From Camelus ferus (Eukaryota): a DNA stretch of 64,000 nucleotides. The notes below the pieces were generated by a model. It was not told the origin of the DNA. It saw only the letters and a program-made list of their open reading frames with translations, and ran no database searches. Location: contig NC_045696.1 in NCBI RefSeq assembly GCF_009834535.1, positions 41,170,001 to 41,234,000 on the forward strand, in the 5' to 3' direction. Shown in pieces: positions 41,438 through 54,440 of this stretch; position 1 is the stretch's first letter, and each line of letters starts with the position of its first letter. Both the position numbers and the translations under genes were made by a program.

Positions 41438-42698
41438 TTAATTTTAATAGCTGCTATGTTGTTTTTGTCCTCACTGCTCACAGATTGAAGGGTGCCTGAA
41501 GGTTACTCTAGGTGAAGCGGGGTATTTTGGAAAATGGCTAACAACCAAGGCCTGGTGTCTTTCTTGAGATAGTAACGGCTGGCTAAACATCAGGGGCGCG
41601 TGGAACTCCGTGACACCTGCCTTAGTAAGTTAGGGTAGGATGGTTGGTGGTATTGGAGAGCCGAAGCTGAGAAGGGGCAGGAGTTGGAAGGGTTTCGTGT
41701 TTTGTTTGCGTGTCACAGGCGAGGTTCAGTACACGCCGCCTTATGTGAAAGTGTACTTTCTGCATGTTCCTGCACAGTGATGGTCTGTGAAGTCATCTGG
41801 GTGAAAGTGTGTTCTAAAGTGTTAGGAAACAAAAGAAGGGTAGTTCTCAGATTGCTGAATTTCTAAGAATTCAACTTTGGGGAAAGCTTCCTTCAAGGAC
41901 CCTACACTGAACGATTAAAAATTTAGCTGTGAATGTAAAATGTTACAGAAATAGAGACAATGACAGTATAGTGGCTCCAGAACATCCAGTTCCTGGGAGG
42001 CTGCAGCAGTCTGACCTTTCGTTAATGAGGTCACAGATCTCACCAAGTCATCTTTTACTATGTGCCAGTGCACAAAATGCATTGCTGAAAAGACTAGTCA
42101 GATAATACTAAGTATTTAACAAACCCCTCTTGGCAGTTCCTGAGTAATATGGCATATTTAATTTACCTTCTCCTACCCTGCCTGGACAAGGATTAAATTA
42201 ATTTTCAGTCTTTTCAATCCTCATTAAGCAGCTTGGGGCTAATGTGTCTTTAGCAAGTTAAAGTAGTCATTTCTCAGCAGAATTGTTCTATTAATTATAC
42301 TTACATAATTATTAATAAGCAAATAATACCTTTTCCCATCTATGGTAGTAATAAAGTCATCTTTAAAAGTTTTTAAAGGAATTAAAAAAGAACCTGCCTG
42401 TGTGCTCTGTATGACAAAAACCATAAAGGTAACAATACACGAGTGATTAAAGTTTGGGAAATGCTGCTCTTTTATAGCTGTTCTTGCAAATTCAGGTTTT
42501 CCTAAGGTAGGATGCATTTATATATGGCTGAGTGTAATTTCCCGAAAGGCTCTAAGGAATAGAGTTAAGGAATGGGAGGAAGGTTGAGAAACTTCTACTA
42601 AAGTCTTCATTTTAAGGTCTTACATGGAAGGTCTTTCCTAGGCAGATCATTAGAGCAGTAGTACTACAGAATTGTTTTTAAAGTGATAGCTCTCCTCA

Positions 42699-42953
<255 letters not shown>

Positions 42954-42999
42954 TCAAATTCTTTCAAATAATCCACCTTCCCTGTTCTTGTGCTTTTTC

Positions 43000-43670
43000 C
43001 TCCCTTTCATTCTAGTTCAAGCCACCAGTGTCCCTTGACTGAACCTTAGAATCATCTCCATAATCACCTCCCAGCTGGCATCCTTGCTTTTACTATTGCC
43101 TTTCCCTATCCTTCCTCCCCTTTTCCTCCCAGAGATTAGTCATCTTTTAAAAATGCAACTCAGGTCATGTTACTCCCCCTCCATCACCTCTCCAGCAGTC
43201 TTCTGTTGTACTCAGAACAAAACCCAGAGTCCTGACCTGGTTTCAAAGCTCCATGTGATTTCGCGCCTGCCTGAGCGCCCCCTGCCCAAGCCTCGGCCAC
43301 ACTGGCGGGACCACCTGGGCACCCTCTGCCGAAGGCCTTGGCCTTTCTCCTCCTGCTGACTCTGCTCTTTATCCCTCAGCCTTTGCTTGGTTCCTTCTCG
43401 CAGTTTTCTTCCCAGCGCAAGTGTTACCTTTTTAGGGAGGCTTTTCCTAACCATTTTGACTAGAGGAGCTTTCATTCAGCCATTTTCTCTCACCCTTTTT
43501 GCCTTCAAAGCACTAGATGAAATTCTAATTTACACATTTGCTGCCAGTCTCTCCCCACTAGACTAAGCTACAAAGAGCAGGAATGTGTCTTGTTTCTTGC
43601 TTTGTCCCCAGCACCTAAAGCAATGTCTGAACAAAGCAGATGAATTTGTTGAATGACTGAACAAATGCCT
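43000..43670 (+). mobile_element. L2 LINE relic
   Basis: Pyrimidine-rich body ending 'ccccagcacctaaagcaatgtctgaac...atttgttgaatgactgaa'. Confidence 0.7.
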
Positions 43671-44061
43671 ACCTTCCTACGTTGGGGCCAGTCTTATTTC
43701 TTTTAAATTTTTACTGAATGACTATAGAAGAGAAAATATTAACCCACTGAGTCTGGAGCAAGGGCGGATAGCCCTTCTGGCCCAGTGTTTTAATCTTGCT
43801 CTTGTCTCTGGCAGGATTAGAATCTTAAATACGTCCTATTCCTTCCATGATCATTGTTAGATACAGGCATTAGCAGTAAGCTTTTTATCCTTGGTTGGCT
43901 GTAACAAAACTGAGCTCAAGTGTGGCTAGTTTCTCTACATTCAAGTTTGCCGTGATGGCACTGTTTCAATTGTGTTTTCATTATTTTCCTGCTAATAGCA
44001 TGTCTCAAATCCTAAGATTCCAATAACATCTTGCTGAAAAAGAAAATCTGTGTTTACATCA

Positions 44062-44382
<321 letters not shown>

Positions 44383-44954
44383 TTAAAAGCTTTTAAAAAA
44401 AAGCAGTTTGCAAAGTTCATTGTCAGCTTGCCCATACCTGATTCTCTCTAAAGCTAAATATCGGGGCCAAAGATTTAGGAATTTTAACATGTGATCAACA
44501 CGTAACCCCTCCATTAAGTTTCTGTCAGTAGTGAGGTAAATATTGGAGCAGCACATGTCAATGTTAAATAGCCTCTGACTTGCTAAATGTAGACAGCATC
44601 CTTTTAGGAGCAAATGTAGGTTTCTTTTTTGTAGCATATTATACAATTTAAGCAGTTGCCTTAATGTGACCTACTAAAAGTGGAAATGGTGGTGCTGTAT
44701 CTTGACTTATTAAACAGAATTTTAAGCTGATCTGTTACATAAATGAAAAGCAGGTTTCAAAATATTCAGCTTGTTCCTGAAACAACATAGGCTCTCAGTG
44801 TTACTGAGTGTTTTAGGTAAACGTTCACACCTGATTGATATTCTAAGAAGACTAAGTGGACTAAAACATCATGACTAAAATTTCTGCCATGCCTGTTTAG
44901 TTGACTCATTGCAGTCAAGCATGTAGTTGTGTTCTCATTGAGACAGGTACTTAC

Positions 44955-44984
44955 CAGAAACTGGCTCGCTCACTCTTGGGTCGG
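44955..44984 (-). CDS. ABI3BP: ABI3BP 30-nt mini-exon: (A)DPRVSEPVS
   Basis: tctcctcag acceptor, CTG|gtaagt donor; keeps frame between the flanking exons. Confidence 0.93.
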
Positions 44985-45723
44985 CTGAGGAGAAACAGCA
45001 AACACAAAAGTCAGATGTTATTAGGTGAGCTGGTCCATGTTCCAGTGGGATAGTGAAGGAGCTGGGCGCTTAAAGTTGCTAAGAAATCTTGCAAAATAGT
45101 ACACTCTTGCTAAAGTCTGAGCTTGAAAATTATGTATTTTGTTTTGGGAATTGTTCTCCATTGGAGAATTTCCTCTGCCAAGTACTCAGCGGTATCTTTC
45201 TGTGATTTGAGTAGTTAAGAGTCTGTCTTGCTGTTCTAGATTTTACTTTCATTTAAAATTCTTCCTCTTTTAGTTTCATACAAAAACCACTGATGCTAAA
45301 ATCACCAAGATGGAGTAAAGACGTATCTCACTAAGGAGTTGGAGCATAGGCCAAATTAAAAAATTTCATAGCCGTTTATCATAAAAACTATCAAATGAAT
45401 TCCCTTTCTAGATACTATGGCTCAGCAGGTCTGATGCTTTGATTCTAGGCATAGAGAGGAGTTCATGATTTTTGAGTATAGACTGACTCCATGATTTTTT
45501 CTTTTAAACTGATATGCCTACCTTTTTTTCTGACATCAAGATAAATGAGGAAAAAAATAAGTGGTGTTTCCTTGAAGGTACCTTCATCAGTTTGCTTTTT
45601 CAAATGGATGGTTTTTGAAACTCAAGAAGCACTTTACCCAGTGTTTAGCTGGGTTTCAAACAGGCTGTGCAAACCAGTGTGGCCCTGTATGTCCTCGCTG
45701 GGGATTACTGTTGATGTGGTTAC

Positions 45724-45803
45724 CTGATTCGGTACTGAATGACACTGTGTTGCTGGCGGGGCCTTCACCAAGTGGGTTTTTGGGTTTCACCTGGAATTCG
45801 TAG
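45724..45803 (-). CDS. ABI3BP: ABI3BP exon: (S)YEFQVKPKNPLGEGPASNTVSFSTES, C-terminal part of a fibronectin type III domain
   Basis: taaacag acceptor, CAG|gtaacc donor; 80 nt, phase 2-1; FN3 'YEFQV..N..G.GP.S' pattern. Confidence 0.95.
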
Positions 45804-48292
45804 CTGTTTAGGGGGAAAAAAAAGTAACATTGTCTTCAGGGGTAGGAAACAGCATGTCCTTGTCATACTGACATTTCTCCTGATTCCACCTTGAAACCAT
45901 CATGATGGTGAATGGACGTATGTTCTAGAAGGGGCTTCAGGAAAGAAAAATTTCTTTAATTTTACTTTCCAAACAGCTTCTCTAATTGTTTTCTAGAAGA
46001 AAAGGGTTAGGTTAATAAAAAAAAAAAAGATAGCTGTCTTTTAAAAACTCCAAATTAGTAGAAATAACTGGGCAGATCGCTAATGGGACACACAGGAAAG
46101 AGGTATGTGGTGGACCCAGGCCAATACCAGTAACAAGGAGCCTCAGCTTCCTTAAATGTTTCAGCTACTTCCTGGAAGCAAAGAATTGCAACAGTTCCTT
46201 TTTACTCATTATCCCAACCCTGGGTATAGCCTTAGACTTAGGCAATGTTCCTTGTTGTGGGGTTTGAACTGCCTATGTCAGGATCACAAGATAAGAGTTG
46301 CAGTGGGGAAAGTTTGTTTAAAACACAGATCTCTTGCTCCATCCTAGCCACTGAATCAATTTTTGATCAGTGTTTACAAGTTCCAGGTCAGTATAGCACA
46401 TTCCTGAGGTGAATCCTGTGCCCAATGACACTGGAGAACTTCTAGACGAAGCTATGGAAGCAGGTGCACATGAGGATATTTTGTTACAAGGAGTTCCCAG
46501 TCATCTCCTGGAACTCAAGTCTTCTGCGGATCACAGGAAGCCACGATATATCCACAGCAGAGGCATGGTAGTGCCACCTCATGAAGAGCTGGACACAAGG
46601 ACACTCTTCTCTCCCTCTATACACACAGAAAATGTGGAGATTCATATGGGCCAGGCCCTTAACCCTTTATGTTAAAAAACAAAACACAAAATGAGCCCAG
46701 ATCCCTTGAAGTTATAAGGATGTTTGAGTCTATTCTTAAGAATTAATTATGCGCTAAATTGCTGTGCAACAGTTGACAAATTTCATCCATCAAATATGCA
46801 AGCAGAGCAAATCCTTTTAAATTCAAACAGTAAAGCTACTTGCTGTTTGCCTGAAACTGAGAGTTCCTTTCAGGAGCAGACTTAGCAGGAAAGTAATTTC
46901 GAATGTAAAACCAACTTGAGTCAGCTGATAATACTGTGAGTCTCAAATCTGTAAAAGGCTTCTGGGAGATAATTCCCCTTTTTGAGAAGTTTGTAACTGA
47001 GTAAGTGCAGAACACACAAAAGACATAAATAAGTGAAAAACGGAAGGGTGATAGCTCTCAATTTGGTACAAAGGGTACCAAGTGAGTAGTCACAGGAGAA
47101 CTTTCTGGGGCTCAGCAGTCAGAGTTTTGAATACTGAAGCAGCGTAGTAAAGACAGTTCTAGAATCTCTAAGGCAGGCAGATTCCAGCATTACAATGGCA
47201 GCTACTTCCTGTGTGTTTACTATGTATCAGACGCTACATGACACACAATAATAGCACACACCAAACCCCCAGAGTAGGGAGTGTCCTATTTTTTAGTTAA
47301 GAAAAATGAGGGTCTTAACCGTTATTCTATTACTGTCTTTGCTTTTCCAAACTTCCAAACCTTGTGATATGGGGATTTAAATGTGCAGGGTTTTTATAGT
47401 GAGAGACTGCACATCAAAGCATGTTGTAAACTAACCAACTGATAGAAACTACCTTTATCCTTTGCAGTAAGAGTCAGTATAAAACCACCCATGTGACTCA
47501 TTTAAATAAACTGCACATACACGGGATACTTTGGCATAGAATATTTCCCAGAGGTGTAGGTTCTAGCTCAGAAGCTTGATAACCTTATAAAAAAGAAAAA
47601 AAAAAAAAAATCACCCCACGATGGTGATCTGAAAATGGAAAAAAGAAATCACAGGCATCTGGACTTTGATTCAAGTGGGCAGTGCATTCCACATTCCAGG
47701 CCACTGCCAAAAAGCCCTGTGCTTTGGCCAAGTGTGATGGCTGAAATTATCTCCACGTTTTTTTATTTCAGTTATTTACACTTCAGCTTCATTTGTAGTA
47801 CGGCCACAAACGTCGATAAACTACTTTTTCATGTTTTGGGGGTTTTTTTGGCCACCATTTTATGACACTTAACAAGTTTTGGAAGAAATCGCTTTAAACT
47901 AAGTTTAATTAACAGCATGGAAATTAAAAGGCACATGTTTTTGGCTGATTAGACAAAATATTTTCAAAGGAAAAAATCTTTTCCAAGAAGCACATTTTGT
48001 CGCACTGTTTGTGACACTATAGGTATAAGAGCGTAATAATGTCTCAGAGAAAGTACTGATTGCACATAGGAAATAAGTAAAGGATTCAAGCTATGCAAAA
48101 ATTTCAGAGAGGACAAGAAAGTTATTTAAAAATAAAAAGTACAGAATAAATAAAACTTTAAATAGAAGGTTTGGAAGATAAAAATTAAGGAAATTTTAAA
48201 AGTACTGCAACAAAAAGAGACGAAAAATAAGAAAGAATAAGGAAATTAGCGGCTTATTTCAGGGAACACAATACTTAACTAGTAGGCTCTAG

Positions 48293-48431
48293 GGGAGGGT
48301 GCAGCTCAGTGGTAGAGCATGCGCTTAGTATGCACGAGGTCCTGGGTTCAATCCCCAGTACCTCCATTAAATAAATAAACCTGATAACAGCTTCCCCCTC
48401 CCCGAAAAAAACCAAAAAACCAAAAAATACC
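48293..48431 (+). mobile_element. tRNA-Ala(AGC)-derived SINE (camelid Vic-1-like) with TSD
   Basis: Head nearly identical to tRNA-Ala-AGC (A box gctcagtgg, B box ggttcaatcc); A-rich tail; TSD ctagtagg(c/t)tctag at 48279-48292 and 48432-48445. Confidence 0.9.
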
Positions 48432-51111
48432 CTAGTAGGTTCTAGAAGAGAGAGGAGGGGAAAAGGAGGGTAGAACATTATCCTAGAAAGTTTTTAAGTA
48501 ATTTCCCAGAATCGAAAGAGATGGGTTTCCAGGAAAAGGCTTAATGTTTGTCCAGCAAAATGAGAAAAGAAAAAAGACAAGCACAAGTTGGAAAATTTCA
48601 GAGTACTGTGATAAAGACAAGATCTTTAAAATATTCTGAGAAAACAATAGGTCCCACTCAAAGGATTCAGAGTCAGAATGACAGGTGGCATCTTAGCTTT
48701 GGAAGTTAGAAAACAATGGAACAATGCCTTCAAGAGTCTCCATTTTATCCTAAAATATATGTGTGGCTGAGCAACAGTATCAGAGTAAAAGAAAGATATT
48801 TTCAGACACAAAAGGACTCAAAAATATTTTCTTCCATAACCTTTTCTCAGGATATATTTCTCAAGAAATGCCAGAAGGCAAGGGAGTAAATAAACAAGGA
48901 AGACATGGGATGTAGGAATTAGAGGATTCAACACAGGAGAGAGGCAAATAATGATGGTGAGGGGTTCCAGGAGATGTTGCCATAAACAAAGAAATACACA
49001 TAACAAATACACGACTTGCGAATTTGACCATTTGGAGATATGGTCAGTCTAAAACTAGAGATTTAATTAACAGAAGAAATAGCTAAGATAATTGAAAATG
49101 AGAGAGGGTTGACTAAGATGGGGACACAGTATCTCCTCCTGCGCTCTCCTCCCACAGACACATCGACTGTACAGCTGAGGACAGTCAGCTGTACCCCACA
49201 CACAACACCCCAACTTTTAACACTCCCACCTGAGGGATGGGTCCCCTAAACACCAAACTCTGAAAGCCAGTAGGGCTTGTGTTTATGCGACGCATAAGGA
49301 TATAGCAAAGAAGCTGTACTTCCCAAGTGCACAAGCACCCATCATGGCCATGCCCCCAGGGCTTAGTGGAGAGGAAACATGTCTGTGCCCGTTTTTACAG
49401 CTTCCGTCTGAAGGGATGAGTCCCCAGATCACCTGGCTCCGATAGCCAACAGGGCTTGCATTCATGAGTCCCAGAGCACCACAGTAAAGAAGCGGTTCTT
49501 AACTAGCTATCCCCCAGGGCTGCGCACAGAGAAAGCAGGCAAAAACGCCCATCTTCCCATCTTTCTCTGCAAGGGATTTACCTGCATACTTTGAAGGGCT
49601 GATACCTGAAGGTGAAGCCTCTAACGGCAGGCAAATTTAGGGGTTGGCTGTGATCCTCCCCCAGAGACAGGAAAGCTAGCAGACACCTTCCCTGCCCTCT
49701 CCCTCCAACCCACTCCAACAGTAAAACCAAGTCACTAGTATCTCCCTGGAAGAAGTCTGTATAAATGACTGACACCTTAGCTTTTGCAGTTGCTGCCCAA
49801 GGGGCTAGGTCTCCACATTGCCTGGCTCTGAGAGCCAGTGAGGCTTGCATTTACAAGTTCCACAGGATTAGCAAAGAAAGAAGCAGTTTTTAATGGATAC
49901 AGGAGCACACTTCCCTCCTCACCTGCACCCTGCCCCAGCTATATCCCACACTGATTATGAGGCCCACATTAATTATAAAATTGTCAAAAGTTAAAGACAA
50001 GGAGAGAATCTTAAGAGCAACAGGGGTAAAGCAACTAGTTATGTACAAGTGAACTCACAGAACAGTATCAGCAAATTTTTCAGCAGAAACTTTCAGGTCA
50101 GAAGGGAGTGGCATGATATATTCAAAGTGCTGAAATTAAAAACAAACAAACAAACAAACAAACTACTCATAAAAGTTGCTCTTCAGAATTGAAGGAGAGA
50201 GTTTTCTAGACAAACAAGAGCTAAAGAGTTCATCACTACTACACTGGTCTTACAAGAACTGTTAGAGTTCCTCAAACAGAAGCAAAAGGATGCTAATTAC
50301 TAACAGGAAAACACAAAAGTATAAAATTCAAAAGTAAATATATGGTTACATTCAGAATACTTTAATGTTGAAATCATGGTGGGTAAATCACTTATAACTC
50401 TAATATAAGAATTAAAAGAAAAATATTATAATATAATTTATTAATGGATACACTGTATAAAAAAGGTAAATTGTGACATCAAAAATAAAATGTGGAGCGA
50501 AGATAAAAAAGTAGAGCCTTTGTATGTGTTTGAAGTTAAGCTGTCATCAGCTTAAAATAGACTGTTACGTTTTATGTGTGCCTCATGGTAATAACCAATA
50601 GTAGATACACACACAATAACGAGAACAGAATCACAGCATAACTTTACAGAAAGTCATCAAATCACAAAGGAAGAGAGCAAGAGAGGAAGAAAGTAACAAA
50701 GGAATTACAACCACCAGAAAATAATGAACAAAATAGCAACAGTAAGTCCATACCTATCAGTAATTACTTTAAATGTAAATGGAACTAAATTCTCCAATCA
50801 AAAGACATACAGTGACTGAATGGATAGAAAAATAAGATCCATCTAATACTGCCTACAAGAGACTCACTTCAGCTTTAAGGACACACACAGACTGAAAGAG
50901 AAAAGATAGAAAAGATACTCCATGCAAATGGAAACCAACAGACAGCAGGGGTACCTATATATAAGATAAAGTAGACTTTAAGGCAAAGATTAATAAGAGA
51001 AAAAGAAGGTCACTATATAATGATAAAGGAGTCAGTTCATCAAGAGGATATAACGTTTGCAAATATTTATGTACCCAACATAGAAGGACCTTAATATACA
51101 AAGCAAATATT

Positions 51112-51316
51112 GGGCGGAAGTTATAGCTTAGTGGTAGAGTGTGTATTTAGCATGCATGAGGTCCTGAGTTCAATCCCCAGAACCTCCATTAAAATAAATA
51201 AACAAACAAATAAATAAATAAACCTAATTACCCCCCCAAACAAAACAAAACAAAAAACCAAGTTGGACCAAAAAAAGGCAAAAAAAACCCCCAAAAAACA
51301 AAGATCAATTAAAAAA
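51112..51316 (+). mobile_element. tRNA-Ala-derived SINE inserted into the L1 endonuclease region
   Basis: Same head as the 48293 copy, long A-rich tail; TSD acaaagcaaatatt at 51098-51111 and 51317-51330. Confidence 0.9.
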
Positions 51317-51590
51317 ACAAAGCAAATATTAACAGATCTGTGGGGGGAACAGATAGCACTAAACTATAATAATAGCAGAAGACTTCGACACCACACTTTC
51401 AACAGTGTGTGGATCATCCACACAGAAAATTAATAAGGAAACATTGGACTTAACATACATGTTGGGCCAGATGAACCTAACGGACATATACAGAGCATTC
51501 CACCCAAAAGCAACAGAATACACTTTTTTCTCAAGTGCACATGGAACACTCTTCAGGATAGGTCACACGTTAGGCTATAAAACAAGTCTT

Positions 51591-51700
51591 CATGTGTGAG
51601 GTCCTGGGTTCAATCCCCAGTACCTCTATTAAATAAATAAATAAATAAACAAACAAACAAACCTAATTACCTCCTCCCCCAACCAATAAATAAATTAAAA
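51591..51700 (+). mobile_element. 5'-truncated tRNA-Ala-derived SINE
   Basis: Starts mid-head (catgtgtgaggtcctgggttcaatcc); TSD aaaacaagtctt at 51579-51590 and 51701-51712. Confidence 0.88.
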
Positions 51701-53059
51701 AAAACAAGTCTTAATAAATTTAAGAAAATTGAAATCATATAAAGTATCTTTTCTAGGCAGTATGATAAGAGAATAGAAATCAATTACAAGGAGAAATGGG
51801 AAAGTTCATACTATTGAATAACCAATGAGTCAAAGAAAAAAATCAAAAGAGTAATCAAAATATATCTTGAGCCAAAGGAAAATGGAAAGACAACATAGCA
51901 AAATTTATGGGCTGACTCAAAAGCAATTCTAAGAGGGACATTTATAGTAATAAGTGCTTACATTAAGAAAAAAGATATAAAAAATATACAACCTAACTTC
52001 ACACCTCAAGGAACTTGAAAAAGAGAACAAACTAAGCCCAAACTTAGTAGAAGGAAGGAAATAACAAAGATCAGAGCAGAAGTAAAAGAAATAGGGACCA
52101 GAAAAGCAAAAGAAAAGATCAACAAAACTAAGAGCTGAATAAGTGGTCCCTTGAATAAATAGTGTTGGAAAACTGGATAGCCACATGTAAGAGAATGAAA
52201 CTGGACCCTTATCTTATACCACACACAAAAGTCAACTTAGAAGGGTTTAAAGACCTAAACATAAAACTTGAAATCACAAAACTCTTCAAAGAAAACAGGA
52301 GGTAAGCAACCTGACATCAATCTTAGCAATGATTTTTGAATCTGACTCCAAAAGCAAAGGCAACAAAAGCAAAAACAAAACAAAACAAAAAACCAAGCAG
52401 GACTACATCAAACTAAAAATCTGCCCTGCAAAGGGAACCATCAATAAAATGCAAAGGCAACCTATGGAGTGGGAGAAAATATTTGCAAAACATACATCTG
52501 ATAGGTGGTTAATATCCCAGATATATAAGGAACCCATAAAATTCAATAACAAAAAAGCAAATGACCCAATTAAAAAATGGGCAAAGGACCTGAAAAGACA
52601 TTTTTTTCCAAAGAAGACATACAAATAGTCAATAGGCACATGAAAAAATGCTCAGCGTCACTAATCATCAGAGAGATGCAAATCAAAACCCCAATGAGAT
52701 ATTACCTCACACCCGTTAGGGTGATCTGTTATCTAAAAGGCAAGAGGCAGCAAATGCTGGTGAAGATGTGGATTAAAGGGAACACTTGTGCACTGTTGGT
52801 GGGAATGTAAATGGTACAGTCACTCTGGAAAACAGTATAGAGGCTCTTTAAGAAATTAAAACTAGAATTACCATGTGATCCAGTAATCCCGCCTCTGGGT
52901 GTATATCCAAGGAAATGAAATCATTATCTTGAAGAGATACCTGTACTCCCATGTTCATAGCAGCATTATTCACTCTAACCAAGGTATGGAAACAACTTAA
53001 GTGTTCATTGGCAGATGACTGGATAAAGAAATTGTAACACACACACGCACACACACACA

Positions 53060-53385
53060 CACTTGACCCTTGAACAATGAGGGGGGTTATAGGTGCCAAC
53101 ACCCCCCGGGGCAGTCGAAAATCTGAGTACTGCTATCTCTGCTGCAAAATGAGGGAACTGAGAAATGGCTCATCCAAGGGCAGGAAGCTGAAACAGTTTG
53201 GATAGAATCAGGACTCAAACCCCAATTCTTTTGATTTCACATATTGATATCTCTAATCAAATACAAACCTTCTCCCACACTTACAGATCTGGAAAATGAA
53301 AATACTGGTACTATACTTATTGGGAAAAAAAATCCATGTACAAATGGACCCTCAGTTCAAAACCACGTTGTTCAAGAGTCAGCTA
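53060..53385. mobile_element. Tigger2-type non-autonomous DNA transposon
   Basis: Terminal inverted repeats cacttgacccttgaacaa (53060-53077) and ttgttcaagagtcagcta (53368-53385), followed by TA. Confidence 0.75.
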
Positions 53386-54164
53386 TATGTATGTATGTGG
53401 ACACACACACTTGAATATTATTCAGCCTTTAAAATTAAGGAAATCCTGTCATCTGTGATAACATGGAAACTGGAGGGCTTTACAATAAGTGAAGTAAGCC
53501 AAGCAGAGAAAAACAAATATTGCATAGCATCACAGAGGGCAGAAAAGTGATCACAGGGGAAAAAAAACATTGTAAAAGGGTACAAACTCTCAGTTGTAAG
53601 ATTAATCAGGTCTGAGGATTTAATGTACAACGTGGTGACTATAGCTGATAACACTATTGTATAACTGAACTGCCAAGAGATTAGAATTTAAATGTCTTCA
53701 CCAATTAAAAAGTAGTAAATATGAGGTAATGGAAATATTAAATTAATTCAGGAGGAATCCTTTTATAAAATGTATGTATATCAAATCATCATATTGTGCA
53801 CTTTAAATATCTTACCATTTTGTCAATTATACCTTAATAAAGCTGAAAAAAAGAGCAAAATTATTGAAAACAGTTGATTCCAGCAAAAAGCATTTAGGAA
53901 TAGGAATGAACTGCTTAGTAGTATTTGAGTCTTAAAACCATACACATGTTCTTCTGATCAAAATGAAAATTAAATTAAAAAAGCCGCTTCTAAGACCTCC
54001 TTCATCAAATGAGTAAGTGAAGTACAGTCCAGGTGACGGCTGCAGTCAAGCTTTGGGCCTCGCAGAGGACAAGCCAAATGAATACCACTCCAGGCAGAAG
54101 CCATGCCTGGTTCTTCCCGGGCAGGTACGGATGCAAACAAAAACAGTCTTCCCGGCTGCCCTAT

Positions 54165-54440
54165 CAGGCAGCGTGGTGCTGTGGGTAAGGCCCCGGGTTC
54201 TGGAGCCAGAAAGACTTGGGTTCACAGCCGTACTAATGTGTAACTTTAAGGTAAGTTACTTAACCTCTCTGAACCTCAATTTCGTCATGTATAAAAATGA
54301 GGATAATAATTGTATTTGTCAGGAGACTATTACTTATAGTAATTATTGCCTCATAAGGGCATAAAAGGATTTGAGTTTTTTGGAGAGGATTAAATGAGAT
54401 GATGCACGGAAAAGCATGGTACCAGTCACCAAGTAAGTCA
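54165..54440 (+). mobile_element. MIR SINE
   Basis: 'tctggagccagaaagacttgggttca...aagttacttaacctctctgaacctcaatttcgtcatgtataaaaatgaggataataat'. Confidence 0.8.

Larger units (their letters stand above)
49110..53852 (+). mobile_element. Internally deleted old L1 (5'UTR, ORF1 C-terminus, ORF2 endonuclease, ORF2 C-terminus, 3'UTR) with nested insertions
   Basis: ORF2 start 'attactttaaatgtaaatgga...ctgcctacaagagactcac' at about 50760-50870; ORF track peptides 51405, 52329 and 52577 are L1 ORF2 fragments; ends aataaagctgaaaaaaa at about 53850. Confidence 0.9.

Noticed and set aside
48293..48366. Apparent tRNA-Ala gene (also at 51112, 56455 and 58642)
   Set aside because: Mutated stems or anticodon, SINE tails and TSDs show these are retroposed SINE copies, not tRNA genes.
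51405..52810. L1 ORF2-like ORFs as functional genes
   Set aside because: Fragmented by stops, frameshifts and SINE insertions, and the RT domain is missing.
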